From: Stegostoma tigrinum
Lineage: Eukaryota
Assembly (NCBI RefSeq): GCF_030684315.1
Contig: NC_081395.1
Coordinates: 14,149,542-14,213,541 of the forward strand
Direction of reading: 5' to 3'
DNA length: 64,000 bases
The notes beneath the pieces are model-generated. The model searched no databases, had not been told where the DNA came from, and saw only the letters and a program-made list of their open reading frames with translations. Positions 1 through 12,614 of this stretch are shown one piece after another (positions within the stretch are counted from its first letter, which is position 1; each line of letters begins with the position of its first letter). Both the position numbers and the translations under genes were made by a program.

Positions 1-1559
1 TGATATCATAGTGTTCCATATTTCATATTTCCATCTATCCCTGCTGAGCTAGTTGGCCAGATTGCCTGTTTGCAACGTCAATGGTGTCTGTTCGAGACTC
101 ACACAGGTGAGGTTGCTGAGAAGGACTCTGCTTTCCAAAATTCCCCCTCGCAATGACACAGTTACCCTTAGGTTTAACCACCATCTGTCATCTTCTTCTT
201 TGATGGGAGCGCAGTACTGTGTTGACTTTACCTTATATTTTTGGTCTCTGTTAGTTAATGACAAATCTGACTCTTCTTCTATGTTGAATGAACCATTAAA
301 TCAATGTGTCAACACTGGACTATTCGCCTATTTACAGCAATTGTGTCTTTAAAAATATTAAATCAGTGATGATTTATTTTTATGAAAGATGGAGAGAAAG
401 ACAGATAGGCAGGCAGACCGACTGACAAACATATAGAATAGCCTTTGAAATGTCAGACAATATTATGGATGGGTAGTTCGTTGACTGTGGTGATTATGCA
501 GTTGTGATGTCAGAAGGGTATCAATGACAAGACAAATGAGGAATGGCATTGCTTGAACCATAGTGGATATGATGCGATGAATCTGTTTCCCTTTGTACTT
601 ATATTGCCAGACCTGCCGGTTTCCTCTACCACTCTTTAACTTCCAAATTGCCATATTAGTAGCAGTTTAATTTTATTAGCATGAATTTAGTCACAGTGAA
701 ATATTAAAGTTTGACGTGTTGAGCTTATTTTAGCGTCAACGTGCTCATGAGGAAGTTTTGGTTTGTCTCTTCAAGAGATAATGTTGAAGGACAGGATGTG
801 TAGTTGGAAAGCAAAAGCCCCTTACTGAAACAGAGACCATTGCCAATGTGATCTGCCACAATACAACCCACCATTACCATTAAGCGAAGTGACCAACACT
901 CATTCAACAGGGATTCAAAGCTGCAGTCTGTAGACAAAGGAAAATGGAACCATATTCAGTGGGTCAGATCAAATCTACGCAGTCTTTCCACATTCAGTTG
1001 TGAATAATGATGAAGAACACATGAAGAGCTAACGGCCTTAGAAGGCTAAAAAGAAAAATAATGTTTGTGAAACGCAGTGCGTAAATGCAAAAAAAAACTG
1101 AAAAATGTTTCATCATCTTCGTCCAGAAGTGTTGACGGCATGATCTACTGGTAAAAGCTCCAAATGCTGCAACCGTCAGACAAGCAAAGGTTCATCTACC
1201 TCTATTTGCACCGTAAGCTGACAAGAAACCATTCAGAGCATTGGATAAAACAAAGACCATAAGGTCGGACACTATCCCTATTGTCACGCTGAAGGTTGAA
1301 CTTCAGAACAAACCAAACGTAGGCGAGATACCTCATGATAGCTTCAACGCTGGTATCTACACAGCAACATCGATAAAATGCTCCAGTGTGTCTTCCTCAC
1401 AACGTTCGGGACAGATTCAATTGCAAAAGTTACCACACCTTCAATCTAGTGGGATTTAATCGTATAGTGATACAAAGTGTCATTGACAATGCTGTTAATT
1501 AACATTTATGCACCTGAACTCACCTGCTTTGCAGTCATTGTTTGGATACCACGAGGATC

Positions 1560-2600
1560 ATTCAGTTTCAGATATCATTACATGCTTGTTTCAAATATGT
1601 ACAAAATAGCCAAATCCCTGGCGTGAGCTGTGGGTGTTTAGCCTTCATTACAAGGCAGCATTTTCCTGCGTTTGGATAAAGGAGTCTTTGCAAAATTGAA
1701 GCCAATAGAAACGACCAGGTTGGATTCTCTGGTTGGATTCTTATTTCGCACAAACAAGGATGGTCATGGTTGGAGTAACCCAGTCAGTTTAGCTCCAGGT
1801 CATTGCCACCTGAGTACACCAGAGGAGCGTTATGGATTCAAGTACCTTCATCTGCTGCTTCAGTATCTTCCCTATGACACTAGAAGCGGGATTTTTCGTT
1901 GTTCACTGAAAAAAATTCAACTCATTAGATTTTTGTTTCAATCCAGAAACAGTCTGCTACCACATAGAACAAAATTTGAATGAAAAATATTCAGTCATAA
2001 GCCAATAAAGAAGAACTTTCGAATTTCTTCATACATATGCCAAGGAATGGTCATCTCAAATAACAGCTAGTCTAATTATCTTTCCTTGACAACCTTAAGA
2101 CGATTCATCATGCAAACGTTTATGGTTAAAATGCTGCTTTTTACAATTGACCAGGAGTTTACTTGGTCCCATCACATCTCAAGAGTAGTTACAAGAGAAA
2201 GGTCAGTTGCTGGTTATGTTTTAACTCATCCCTGACTTCCAGTTCTGTACACTGTATACAAAGGAGACACCTCGAATGGGATGCAATGGTCTTTTCATAC
2301 TGATTTCGATGGAACTCGAATGGCATTTTCAAAAAAGGTATCCCAATAGAATCCAAGAGGGAAAAAAACTGCTTGAACAGCACCCGTTTATTCAGATCAG
2401 CTTAGACAAGCAAATCCTCCATCACCAATGGACAAAGATACCTGCGTGAGCAATCCGCAACCGTTATGATAGGAAATAACATAGGCTCCTTTGAGAATAC
2501 CTTTCCAACAAGTAAACTGTACGAATGGATGGGAATGCCACCAACAACGGATTATGTCCTTTTAAGATGCACATATGAATTATGCTAACACGAATAAATG
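1560..2600 (+). mobile_element. Highly decayed LINE of the same family as 19270-20150
   Basis: KAAF..VWIKGVFAKL and TIDQEFTWSHHISRVVTR remnants. Confidence 0.5.
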
Positions 2601-2869
2601 TTGCAACAAAAACAAAGTTGCTGGAAAAGCTCAGCAGGTCTTGCAGCATCTGTGAAGGAGAAAACAGAGTTAATGTTTTGGGTCCGGTGACCCTTCGTTA
2701 GAATAAATGTTGCATTGCATTCCATGTTATTGTAAAATAATGGAACTCCCTTCCGAACAAACTATAATTGGAATGATATCATACAGACTGCAGCGTAACA
2801 AAAGAATTCACATCATGTTTGTCAGTGAAATTAAGAACGTACAATTAATTTGGAGATTTCAGTGGTAGA

Positions 2870-3590
2870 ACATAGAATGTTGAACAGTACAGCGCAGGAA
2901 TGGGCCCTTCGGCCCACGATGTTGTGCTGAACATGACACCAATTAAACCTATTCCCTTCTGGTTGCCCTTGGTCCAAATACCTGCATTCCTTGCATATTC
3001 ACGTGTTTATCTAAAAGTCCCTTCAATGCCTTATCTGTCTCAACCACCAGCCCAGCAGTGTGTTCCAGACTCCTACCACTGTCTGTGGGAAAGAAAAAAA
3101 CTGCCCCTCATATCTACTTCGAACTTTCCCCCTCTTATCTTCAATGCATGGCCTTAATGTTAGATCTTTCAATGCTGAGAACAAGATTCCGGCCGTCAAA
3201 GCTATCTATGCATCTCGTAATTTTATAAAATTCTATCAAGCCTTCTCTCAGCCTCCACCGGTCAAGAGAAAACAACCCGACATGTTTTTTACCCTCTCGT
3301 ATCCTCTAATCCAGGAAGCACCCTGGTAACCCTCTTCTGCACTCTCTCCAAAGTCTCCACATTCTTCCTGTAATGCGCCGACTAGAATTGAATGCAATAC
3401 TAAGTGTGGCCTTACCAAAGCCTTATGAAACTGCATCATGGCTTCCTAGCTCTTGTGTTCAGTTCTCTGGCTAATAAAGGCAAACATGCCAAACATCTTC
3501 TCTACCACCTTATCTACTTGTGTGTCCACTTTCAGGGAGCTATGGACGTGAAGCCCAAGTTCCTTCTGTACATCAATGCTGTTCAGACCC
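2870..3590 (-). mobile_element. CR1 LINE 3' fragment
   Basis: KALVRPHL on minus; agaacatagaa...tacagcgcaggaa tail. Confidence 0.8.
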
Positions 3591-4111
3591 CTGCAAATGT
3601 TTGCATCACTGAACAAACTAAGAAATTACAAGTGAATGGGGCCTGCCATGATAGCAACATTTTTGCGGAAGATTAATTGATGCAGTATTGTTGTTTCTTC
3701 AAAAAGAAGTTTTTATTTACCACGTGGTGACCAAGGATTTTTATGGTGAGAACATATTCCCGTCAGCCATTGTTTCTGACATAGTAACAAAACAATATTA
3801 TGTCACATCACATTCTGCTGGCGGCCTTAATAAGATTTAATATTGATCAAATTTCAGTTGGATTTTATTTATTGATACAGAGGAACTCAGAAAGAAGATG
3901 GTGCCTTAATTTCTGCTGAAGTATCTTTATTTATATTGTTTAATGAATGTTGATTAAAGTATAAATAAGTACAATGGGGTTTAATGTTGGGATTGGCAAA
4001 AAATAAGTATGCCTTCCATGTTATCATTTCTTCCTTTTTTTGTCATTACAGCGCTAAACCATGACTATGTTTCAATGAGATTATCTCAGTTCCACTAGGT
4101 CTTGTGAGCAG

Positions 4112-6527
4112 AGATAATGGAAACTGCAGATGCTGGAGAATCCGAGATAACAAAGTGTGGAGCTGGAAGAACACAGCAGGCCAAGCAGCATCTTAGGAGG
4201 ACAAAAGCTGACTTTCTGGGCCTAGACCCTTCATCAGAAAAGGGGTGTGGGGAGAGGATTCTGAAATAAATAGGGAGAGAGGGGGAGGTGGACTGAAGGT
4301 GGATGGAGGAGAAGATAGGTGGACATGAGAGTATAGGTGGGGAGATAGGGAGGGCATAGGTTAGTCCGGGGAGGACAGACAGGTCAAGGGGGCGGGGAGA
4401 GGTTAGTAGGTAGGAAATTGAGGTGCAGGTTGAGGTGGGAGGAGGGGATAGGTGTGAGGAAGAACAGGTTAGGGAGGTGGGGACGAGCTGGGCTGGTTTT
4501 CGGATGCAGTGGTGGTGGGGGGCGGATTTTGAAGCTAGTGAAGTCCACATTGATACCATTGGGCTGCAGGGTTCCCAAGCGGAATATGAGTTGCTTTTCC
4601 TGCAACCTACGGGTGTCATCATTATTGAACTGCAGGAGGCCCATGATGGACATGTCATCTAAGGAATGGAAGGGGGAGTTAAAATGGTTCGCAACTGGGA
4701 GGTGCAGTTGTTTATTGCAAACCAAGCGTAGGTGCATGGGCCCAAGCTATGCCTGCCTCTTTGTAGGTTACGTGGAACAGTCCTTCTTCCAGACCTACAC
4801 CGGCCCTAAGCCCCACTTCTTCCTCCATTACATTGATGACTGTATCGGCGCCACCTCGTGCTCCCAAAAGGAGCTCAAACAGTTCATCTATTTCACCAAC
4901 ACCTTCAATCCTAACCTTCAGTTCACCTGGACCATCTCCAACACATCCCTCACCTTCCTGGTCCTCTCTGTCTCCATCTCAGGCAACCACCTAGAAACCG
5001 ATGTCCATTTCAAGCCGACCGACTCCCACAACTACCTGGAATACACCTCCTCCCACCCACCTTCCTGCAAAAATTCCATCCACTATTCCCAATTCTTCGC
5101 CTCTGCCTCATCTGCTCCCATGATGAGGCATTCCGCTCCCATATATCCCAGATGTCCTTGTTCTTCAAGAACCGCAACTTCCGTGAATCCCCCCCCCCCG
5201 ACATACCCCCACAGTGGTTGAGAACGCCGTCGACCGTGTCTCCTACATTTCCTGCACCTCATCCCTCACACCCCGCCCCCGAAATAACCGCCAAAAGAGA
5301 ATCCCCCTAGTCCTCACATACCACCCCACCAATCTGCGGGTACAACGCATCATGCTCCAACACTTCCGCCATCTACAATCCGACCCCACCACTAAAGATA
5401 TTTTTCCATCCCCACCCTTGTCTGCCTTCTGGAGAGACCTCTCTCTCCGCGACTTCCCTGTCTGCTCCACACTCCCCTCCAACCCCACCACACCCGACAC
5501 TTTCTCCTGCAACCGGAGGAAGTGCTACACTTGTCCGCACACCTCCTCCCTCACCCCCATCCCAAGTTCCAAGATGACTTTCCACATCAAGCAGATGTTC
5601 ACCTGCACATTCGCCAATGTGGTATACTGCATCCGTTGTCACTTCCTCTACATTGGGGAAACCAAGCGGAGGCTTGAGGACCACTTTGCAGAACACCTCC
5701 GCTCGGTTCGCAATAAACAACTGCACCTCCCAGTCGCGAAACATTTCAACTCCCCCTCCCATTCCTCAGACAACATGTCCACCCTGGGCCTCCTGCAGCG
5801 CCATAATGATGCCACCCGTAGGTTGCAGGAACTCATATTCCGCTTGGGAACCCTGCAGCCCAATGGTATCAATGTGGATTTCACCAGCTTCAAAATCTCC
5901 CCTCCCCCCACTACATCTCAAAACCAGTCCAGCTCGTCCCGCCTCCCTAACCTGTTCTTTCTCGGGCGGCACAGTGGCTCAGTGGTTAGCACTGCAGCCT
6001 CACAGCGCCAGGGACCTGGGTTCAATTCCAGTCATTGGGCGACTGTCTGTGTGGACTTTGCACATTCTCCCCGTGTCTGCGTGGGTTTCCTCCCACAGTC
6101 CAAAGATGTGCGCGCTAGGTGGATCGGCCATGCTAAATTGCCCATAGTGTTCAGGGGTCTGGGTGGGATGCTTCAAGGGGCGGTGTGGACTTGTTGGGCA
6201 GAAGGGCCTGTTTCCACACTGTAGGAAATCTAATTTAATCTCTCACCTATCCCCTCCTCCCACCTCAAGCCGCACTTCCATTTCCTACCTACTAACCCCT
6301 GCCCGTCCTCCCCGGATTGACCTATCCCCTCCCTACCTCCCCACCTTTACTCTCCTCTCCACCTATCTTCTCCTCTATCCATCTTCAGTCCCTCTCTCCC
6401 TATTTACTTCAGAATCCTCTCCCATCCCCCTCTCTGATGAAGGATCTAGGCCCAAAACGTCAGCTTTTGTGCTCCTAAGATGCTGCTTGTCCTGCTGTGT
6501 TCATCCAGCTCCACACTTTTATATCTC
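4112..6527. mobile_element. Penelope-like element, inverted structure (minus arm to about 4733, plus arm from about 4734)
   Basis: RT fragment (MGPSYACLF, YIDD) and GIY-YIG endonuclease (YCI...YIGETKRRL...EH) on plus; inverted GIY-YIG end and terminus on minus. Confidence 0.9.
5963..6240 (+). mobile_element. tRNA-derived shark SINE (HE1-like) nested in the Penelope element
   Basis: A box TGGCTCAGTGG and B box GGTTCAATTCC; the Penelope sequence resumes after it. Confidence 0.85.
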
Positions 6528-7323
6528 TACTAGACCTTGTTGCTGTTTGTACCATACTGACCCCTTCCTCGATTAAAACCACACTCATCCGTGCCATTAC
6601 ACAGATTACAAGATGCTTGATACTCTGTGATACATATTTACATTATCTGGTATGAAGTCTTTAATACGTGCCTTGAAAAGGTAAACTGAATGTTGTAACA
6701 GTCTCCTGGGGTGAATTGGAAATGAGAGACTGGATTGAAATAACTCTACTGCATTTCATCCTTCTCCATGACAAATTCTGCTGCATTAATGTTAGTAATT
6801 TACATTTGTGTTGTACTGTGATGATTATTCAACACATCTTATTTACTGAAAAAAACATTTGGTTCCTTTGTAGAATGTTGTAGATATTTTGCTGTTTCAC
6901 AGCCTGTGTATATAGAGTTCAGGGCTGTGAAAGTGTAGAACTTTCAACTAGCCTGTTGTAGTGTTCTAATGTCACTGCATGAAAACAAAACTCATTTGGT
7001 TCACAGAAAAAAAGTGAAAAGGAATATGTAACATTTGTGAGACTGCGTATCTTTGTGTCCGTACGTTGGCGCGTTTCTATAAAACAGATCTACATTGATG
7101 TGCATATGATTTCCAGAAGCATAAATGATTATCTTTCGCAGTATGTTTCAGCATTTTGATCAGTTATATTCAGTTTAAAATTCTTTAATAGTTCTAAAAG
7201 ACATTGGTGATGAATCATCTGTTTAGATAGCACTATCTCATTTAACTTTCCTTGAATAATTTTGTACCTGGTGTTCAGTGGGAATATGGAAAAAGTCAGA
7301 GAAGCGATAATTAGATCAACATG

Positions 7324-7433
7324 TGATAATGGGAACTGCAGATGCTGGAGAATCCAAGATAATAAAATGTGAGGCTGGATGAACACAGCTTGAACACTGG
7401 GCCTCCTGTGTTCATCCAGCCTCACATTTTATT
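7324..7433. mobile_element. Short hairpin derivative of Penelope termini
   Basis: Inverted arms aaaatgtgaggctggatgaacacag / ctgtgttcatccagcctcacatttt; 18-bp direct repeat at 7310-7327 and 7431-7448. Confidence 0.85.
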
Positions 7434-7749
7434 AGATCAACATGTGATTCTTTACGCTTTACTTTTCAGTGCCCATCCCATCATCACACAGAAACTATCT
7501 TCTAACTTCCTTCACTCGGAAATAAATTAGACACTGTTGAATAACGACCTACATCTGTAGCATCTTTTGTGTTGTCATCCCATAAGCAGGAACATATCAG
7601 ATGTGAAGCTGACTCAACACAGCAATACTAAAGCAGGTAAATATATACTTCCTAAATGTGGTCGTTTTAAATCGGATCATGAAGGAGGGGAGAGAAACAA
7701 AGATTTACGAAGGAATACCAGTATCAAGGGCAAGGCGGCTAACGACACA

Positions 7750-8090
7750 TGAACTTCTGCGGGTGCATATAAGAACATTGAGTATAGGAGTTGGGGTGGC
7801 TTGTTGCAGCCGAATAAGGCTTTGGTGAGGCCACAATTGCGGTACTGCGTGCAGTTCTCTTCATCCTACGGTAGAAAGGATATTCTTAAACTAGAAAGAT
7901 TGCGGAAAAGTTTGCTAGGATGCTACCTTGCCTGGAAGGTCTGAATTATAAAGAGACGTTTGACAGGCTGGGACTCTTTTCCCTGGAGCGTCGGAGACTG
8001 AGGGATGATCTGGTGGAGATGCATAAAATCCTCAGAGGCATTGATGAGGTAGACAGCCAATAGCCTTTCCCCATGTAAGGAAGTATGACT
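7750..8090 (+). mobile_element. CR1 LINE fragment
   Basis: KALVRPQLRYCVQF and LGLFSLERRRLRDDL remnants. Confidence 0.75.
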
Positions 8091-9829
8091 CGAGAGTTTT
8101 GGCTTAAGTGGAAGTCGGGGAACTGCTCAGCAGACTATTGCTTTACTTAAGCCTAAGTGTGAAAAGAGATGGATGAATGTTTCAGTAGCAATTGTGTTGA
8201 AACCAGTGACGGTGCAGACGATGTTATGGTGGTGAATTCTCATATTGACATTTGAGCAAGATTTCAGGTGAGAATCGCTGCTCAAGATGAGGCCAGGTAC
8301 CAAAACGAGAATTGCTGGTTTCTAATTCAGTCAGTGGCAATGGCACTAAATATAATCCATAGCCCAAGCAGTAAGTTACTATGGGATATAATGATAGGGC
8401 GGTCCGTTTTCTAAAAGAGAGGAAATTTATGTTAATCCCATACTCCATAGATTATAGATCACAATTAGAATCCGAAAATAACACTCGTATGACTTTGATT
8501 AAGGCAACCTTGATCTTTTGACAGCGATGGGAACTTGAATTGAGGCATGCATACAGAGTTCTGCAACATGTGTCTGGTTATGGGAAGCAATAAATTGCTT
8601 CTGTCAATTTCAGCTTTTCTTTTCTTGACTTTCAAATTTTAAAAAAATTGCTTCCATTGTTTCCCATGTTTTCTAACTTTTTCTTACCAGATGCACTAAC
8701 GCCAGCCCCTCCAATATTTAATGAATTGACCCTTAATCAAGGATATGGAGTGCTACTGAAGGGAATCTGCCTCAAAGTTGCATTCCCTGTTCCATCTGTC
8801 CTAGTGACAGGCAATAATTAATAGTATTTGTCACCCCTTGTTTTCTCCAACCTGCAGGAATTTCTCACAGGCCTTAGGGCCGTAGAATATCATCTGGAAA
8901 GAATTCAATGGGTTTGTGCACAACGACGCATCAGAATGGTATTATCCTCCAGGAATCATCCCATTGGTTCTTAGAATATACATGCTCTCGTAAACATTCA
9001 GGTTATTAGGAATCGAACGCCCCTGTAACTAATAGAGATGTGACTGGGCGTTCGAAACGTAAAACTACAGAGCAGACACCTGTATAAATGTGAGCAATTT
9101 GTAACGGCTAACACATAGTTATTTTTTTTTATCTGTGATCAGTGGGCCGTGAATAGTTCATGAATTGTCGGCACAGGAGTCACAGAGGTTTCCTGTAAAT
9201 TACAAAGTGATTTGCTGCTCCTGGCTGATGCTGAATTTTTGGCTTCCAGTGACAGTTCTTACAGTAGATTAATGCATGGAATATATTCGGAACAAACTTC
9301 AATTAAACCCAGGCAGTGGTTGATCTTTCAGCAAAGTCAATTCGAATGTATTTCATATGTTATGACATTGTGCAAAATGTGTGTTAACGATGGCATGTTC
9401 AAAATAAAACAAAATAAAGAACAATATAAGTTTAAAATTTTGATATATAAAAGTTAATTTTACTGGTAATCATGAAGCTCTTTCGCAATCCCTTGGAAGT
9501 ACACACAAGCTGAGTTGGAATCATACAGTTAGAAACAAAATGGTAAGGAATGATACCAGTGCATCATTCCATTAGGACGCTTGTACTCGATAAACTAATC
9601 TGCAAAAACAGAAGTTGCTGGAAAAGCTTAGCAGGTCTGGCAGCATCAGAGTTAATGTTCCGGGTCTGGTCATCCTTCCTCGGAGACAAACTGCAGTTTG
9701 ACAAATTTAAATCTCAATCTTGAGGTAGACTGGGAATTCAAGTTACCCACTCATTTTTTTTGCATGATTTCAGTCAACAGCCTTTATATTTTAAGATGAA
9801 ACACGTGTTGGTGCAAATGCAAGAGGAGG

Positions 9830-10150
9830 AAATGATGCGGTGGTATTTACTACTATTAATTCAGACGCTGAGGACCTGGGTTCGAATCCTACCATGGCAG
9901 ATGGTGCAATTTGCATTCAATAAAAAAAATCTGGAATTAAGAGTCTAATGGTGACAACGAAAACATTGTCGATCGTTGAGGGAAAAACTCATTTGCGTTA
10001 CTAATGTCCTTCAGGAAAGGAAACTGCCATCCTTGCTTCGTCTGGCCGCCGTTTGACTCCAGACGCATAGCAGTGTGTTTAACTGTTAACTGTCCTCTGG
10101 GCAGTAAAAGGTGACTGAGCTAGTGACGCCTCCCCGCCCGTGAATGAATT
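9830..10150 (+). mobile_element. tRNA-derived SINE with an L2-like tail
   Basis: B box GGTTCGAATCC; body shared with 49040-49130 and, inverted, with 18900-19060. Confidence 0.65.
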
Positions 10151-11250
10151 TCAAACACACGTGTTGCTGGCAAAGAAACAGATACATTTTAAACTCATCG
10201 CGTACTTAATTCTGCCGCTTTCTTGATAAAATTAAAAGAAAAAAAAGCCTTGAGACAAATGATACACCAAATCTCTCGAACAATGTGCAACAGTACAGAT
10301 TTTCACATAGTTGGTGCTGGAGCAATTCAAAGGGGAAGCGGTGAAATTTGATACACGTGAATAGCATTCGGCTAACCATGCAGTGTCATCAAACCTATAC
10401 AGTTTGGTCTAAGTGTCAATATTTTGCATTGAGAATTGTTAGGCGTGAATTGGAATAACAGCCTAAAGTCAGGTAGCTGAAATTCAGTGATCGGGTTATT
10501 CAGAGAAGGTTATTTTAAAGTGGAATGAAACATTTAGCAATGGAAGCCGTCGGACAGTGAGTGATGTTATTCCTTCAGTTTTTCACGTCCCAAAGCAAAT
10601 ATCATTGTTTTTACTTATAAGTAAATGAAACCTTGCATTTCTTCTATATTCTATTCCACAAACGGAGCAAAGGAAATAATAAAAACGTACAGATTTATAA
10701 CACCTTTAAGTGCCTCAGAGTACCCCACTTATTCTGCAACAATGAAAACTTTTTAAAGAAATATACTAACAAATTGCTGCGTGGGGAACCAGTCTGTGAA
10801 ATTACCACAGTGCGAGGGATGAAACCGCATTGCAACGAATAACGAGACAATTTTCTTTCGCCATGTTGGCTGATGGTAAGTGTTGGTCCTGATCATTGAC
10901 AGCGTTTCCCAGCAACTTGAAAATTGCTGTATAAGAGCATGTTCGGTCATCCGAGTGAAACTGGACACTGAATACAGTAGGTATTTACTGGGAATGTACG
11001 TGCTCGCGCCGATTCAACTTTCAGCTAATCATTTTTGGGAAAACTATATTTAATTCCAAACATTCAAACACCAATTAAGCAACGTTTTTAGAAATATTCG
11101 CTGAACCTGGGTGACTGATGGTTAATAATGTTATCTCCAGCTGGATGCGACAGGAACGCAGAGGAGGAGTCAAACTGTTGCAGGGGAGCCCCGTGACTCC
11201 GAATCTCCCACCTCTCTCTCTCGCTGTTTCTATTATCAGGCTCCAACCAG

Positions 11251-11258
11251 TATAAATA
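11251..11258 (+). promoter_or_regulatory. TATA box of the IgH V promoter
   Basis: TATAAATA about 100 nt upstream of the leader ATG (11350). Confidence 0.6.
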
Positions 11259-11349
11259 GCGGAATGGTTCCGCTCCATGTTCACAATCAAGAGGAATTGT
11301 TCCGACACTGAGTCGCATTCTCTATCCAGTTGTGCCAAAAGACTAGACA

Positions 11350-11395
11350 ATGCAACTGATCCCGTTCCTCTGCTTTTTGCTGTCTTGTTTCACCT
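11350..11395 (+). CDS. IgH leader exon (MQLIPFLCFLLSCFT, phase 1)
   Basis: ATG at 11350, hydrophobic signal peptide, GT donor at 11396; a 105-nt intron to the ttcacAG acceptor at 11500 joins in frame to Y-I-R-S/NIALTQ. Confidence 0.9.
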
Positions 11396-11500
11396 GTGTG
11401 TTACTTACAGTATAATAAAAGTGTGCTTAAGATATTCTATTTTAGTTCTTTCTTTTTTTGCTTGATCTCTAATGTTATTGTATGTTTCATTTATTCACAG

Positions 11501-11803
11501 ATATCCGATCCAATATCGCGTTAACCCAGTTACCTCCTGTGTCAGTAAAGCGTGGACAATCTCATAAACTGTCCTGTTCAGTGTCGGGGTTCAGTCTTGA
11601 CAGCCACCATGTACATTGGTTTAAGCAAATTCCCGGGAAAAGGTTGGAGTGGCTCCTTGCTTATAGAAATCCTTCAGATACCAATTATTACGCGCCTGGA
11701 GTCGAAGGCCTAATCATTCCTTCAAGATCCTCCTCTACAGCCTACATTGAGATCAAAAGTTTCAGACTCGAAGACACCGCCATTTATTACTGTGCAAGAC
11801 ATG
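11501..11803 (+). CDS. IGHV: IgH variable segment, open frame, IgW-like / IgM1gj-like VH
   Basis: NIALTQ...HKLSCSVSGFSL...WFKQIPGKRLEWL...EDTAIYYCAR: both canonical Cys, the FR2 Trp and the YYC motif are present, followed directly by an RSS heptamer. Confidence 0.95.
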
Positions 11804-11843
11804 CACAGCAGCTCAATCAAGTCCAGGGTGCATAAAAAATACC
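11804..11843 (+). other. V 3' recombination signal sequence (about 23-nt spacer)
   Basis: Heptamer CACAGCA at 11804-11810; A-rich nonamer AAAAAATAC or AAAAATACC after a 23-24 nt spacer. Confidence 0.8.
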
Positions 11844-12158
11844 GAGGATGAGTAATTGCATTGAATCGTAGGTGAGTATTTATTACACGTATTTGCAATT
11901 AGATGGAAAGACGTTCGAATTAATGCAATACAGTGGCAAAGAACAATAAAGATGTTAATTAGGTTTGTGTGGAGAGAGAACATGATTCTGGTTATATTAT
12001 TCACTGCTGACGATTGGATGTCTACCAGAAAAGTTATTACATAGCTGGTCAAAAACTTCCGCCAAATAAATCTCACAGTTAGACTATGGTCAAAATATAT
12101 TGAGCTGCTGTAAATTATGTGATTATATTTCTAACATCAGCAATTAATCAGTCAGAAT

Positions 12159-12239
12159 AGTATTTATATAATGTCGTATTACTGTGCTACAGCTGGAGTC
12201 ACAGTGCTGTGTATCGCGATGTCCTCATATAAAAAAACC
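12159..12239 (+). other. IGHD: Single D segment CTACAGCTGGAGT (12187-12199) with 5' 12-RSS and 3' 23-type RSS
   Basis: AGTATTTAT-12-TACTGTG upstream; CACAGTG followed after 22-24 nt by an A7CC nonamer downstream; about 380 nt from V and 370 nt from J. Confidence 0.9.
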
Positions 12240-12567
12240 CTAGGAACTTTGTAAATTCTGCGATCAGTACCAGGCATGAAAGATCTATCTTAACGAAAAT
12301 TATCTATTTAAAAAAATAGCAATTCTATTGAATTGCAACAACAAGAAAATGTCATGATTTTTCACGTTGACAATCCCATTACAACTGCACTGGTGACTGA
12401 GAACTGTTTCGAACAATTTTCAGATTTAATCACCAAAATTATTTGAATATCCCAGTGAAGCCCTCTTGGAGAACTCGGAATCATGTATTTAAATGTGCCG
12501 AATGATTTAGTTTCTGTATTTTGCAAGGAACGACCGAATCCAATGTATGATGCGGTGTGACTCTGTG

Positions 12568-12614
12568 CTATTTTGACAACTGGGGACAAGGAACCATGGT
12601 GACGGTGACTACAG
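12568..12614 (+). CDS. IGHJ: IgH J segment (YFDNWGQGTMVTVTT)
   Basis: WGQG motif; phase-1 donor G|GTAAGA at 12615; the 5' boundary is uncertain because the RSS is degenerate. Confidence 0.92.

Noticed and set aside
1-1500. Short ORFs as a possible second GPCR or TCR V remnant
   Set aside because: No Ig or 7TM motifs could be recovered; the region is adjacent to decayed LINE sequence and is probably part of it.
5963-6030. tRNA gene
   Set aside because: The A and B boxes belong to a SINE head; there is no full cloverleaf and the SINE body follows.
7310-7448. CRISPR array or miRNA gene interpretation of the repeated hairpins
   Set aside because: The context is eukaryotic, there is no repeat-spacer periodicity, and the arms are identical to Penelope termini.
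11482-11500. ORF-track start MFHLFT for the V, and the similar N-terminal extensions of the CH1 and CH2 ORFs
   Set aside because: These are intronic polypyrimidine tracts read through splice acceptors; the real start is the leader exon at 11350.
12356-12395. GATTTTTCA...CACTGGTG as the 5' RSS of a second D
   Set aside because: The heptamer is interrupted, the spacer would be 23 rather than 12, and no downstream CACAGTG or nonamer follows.
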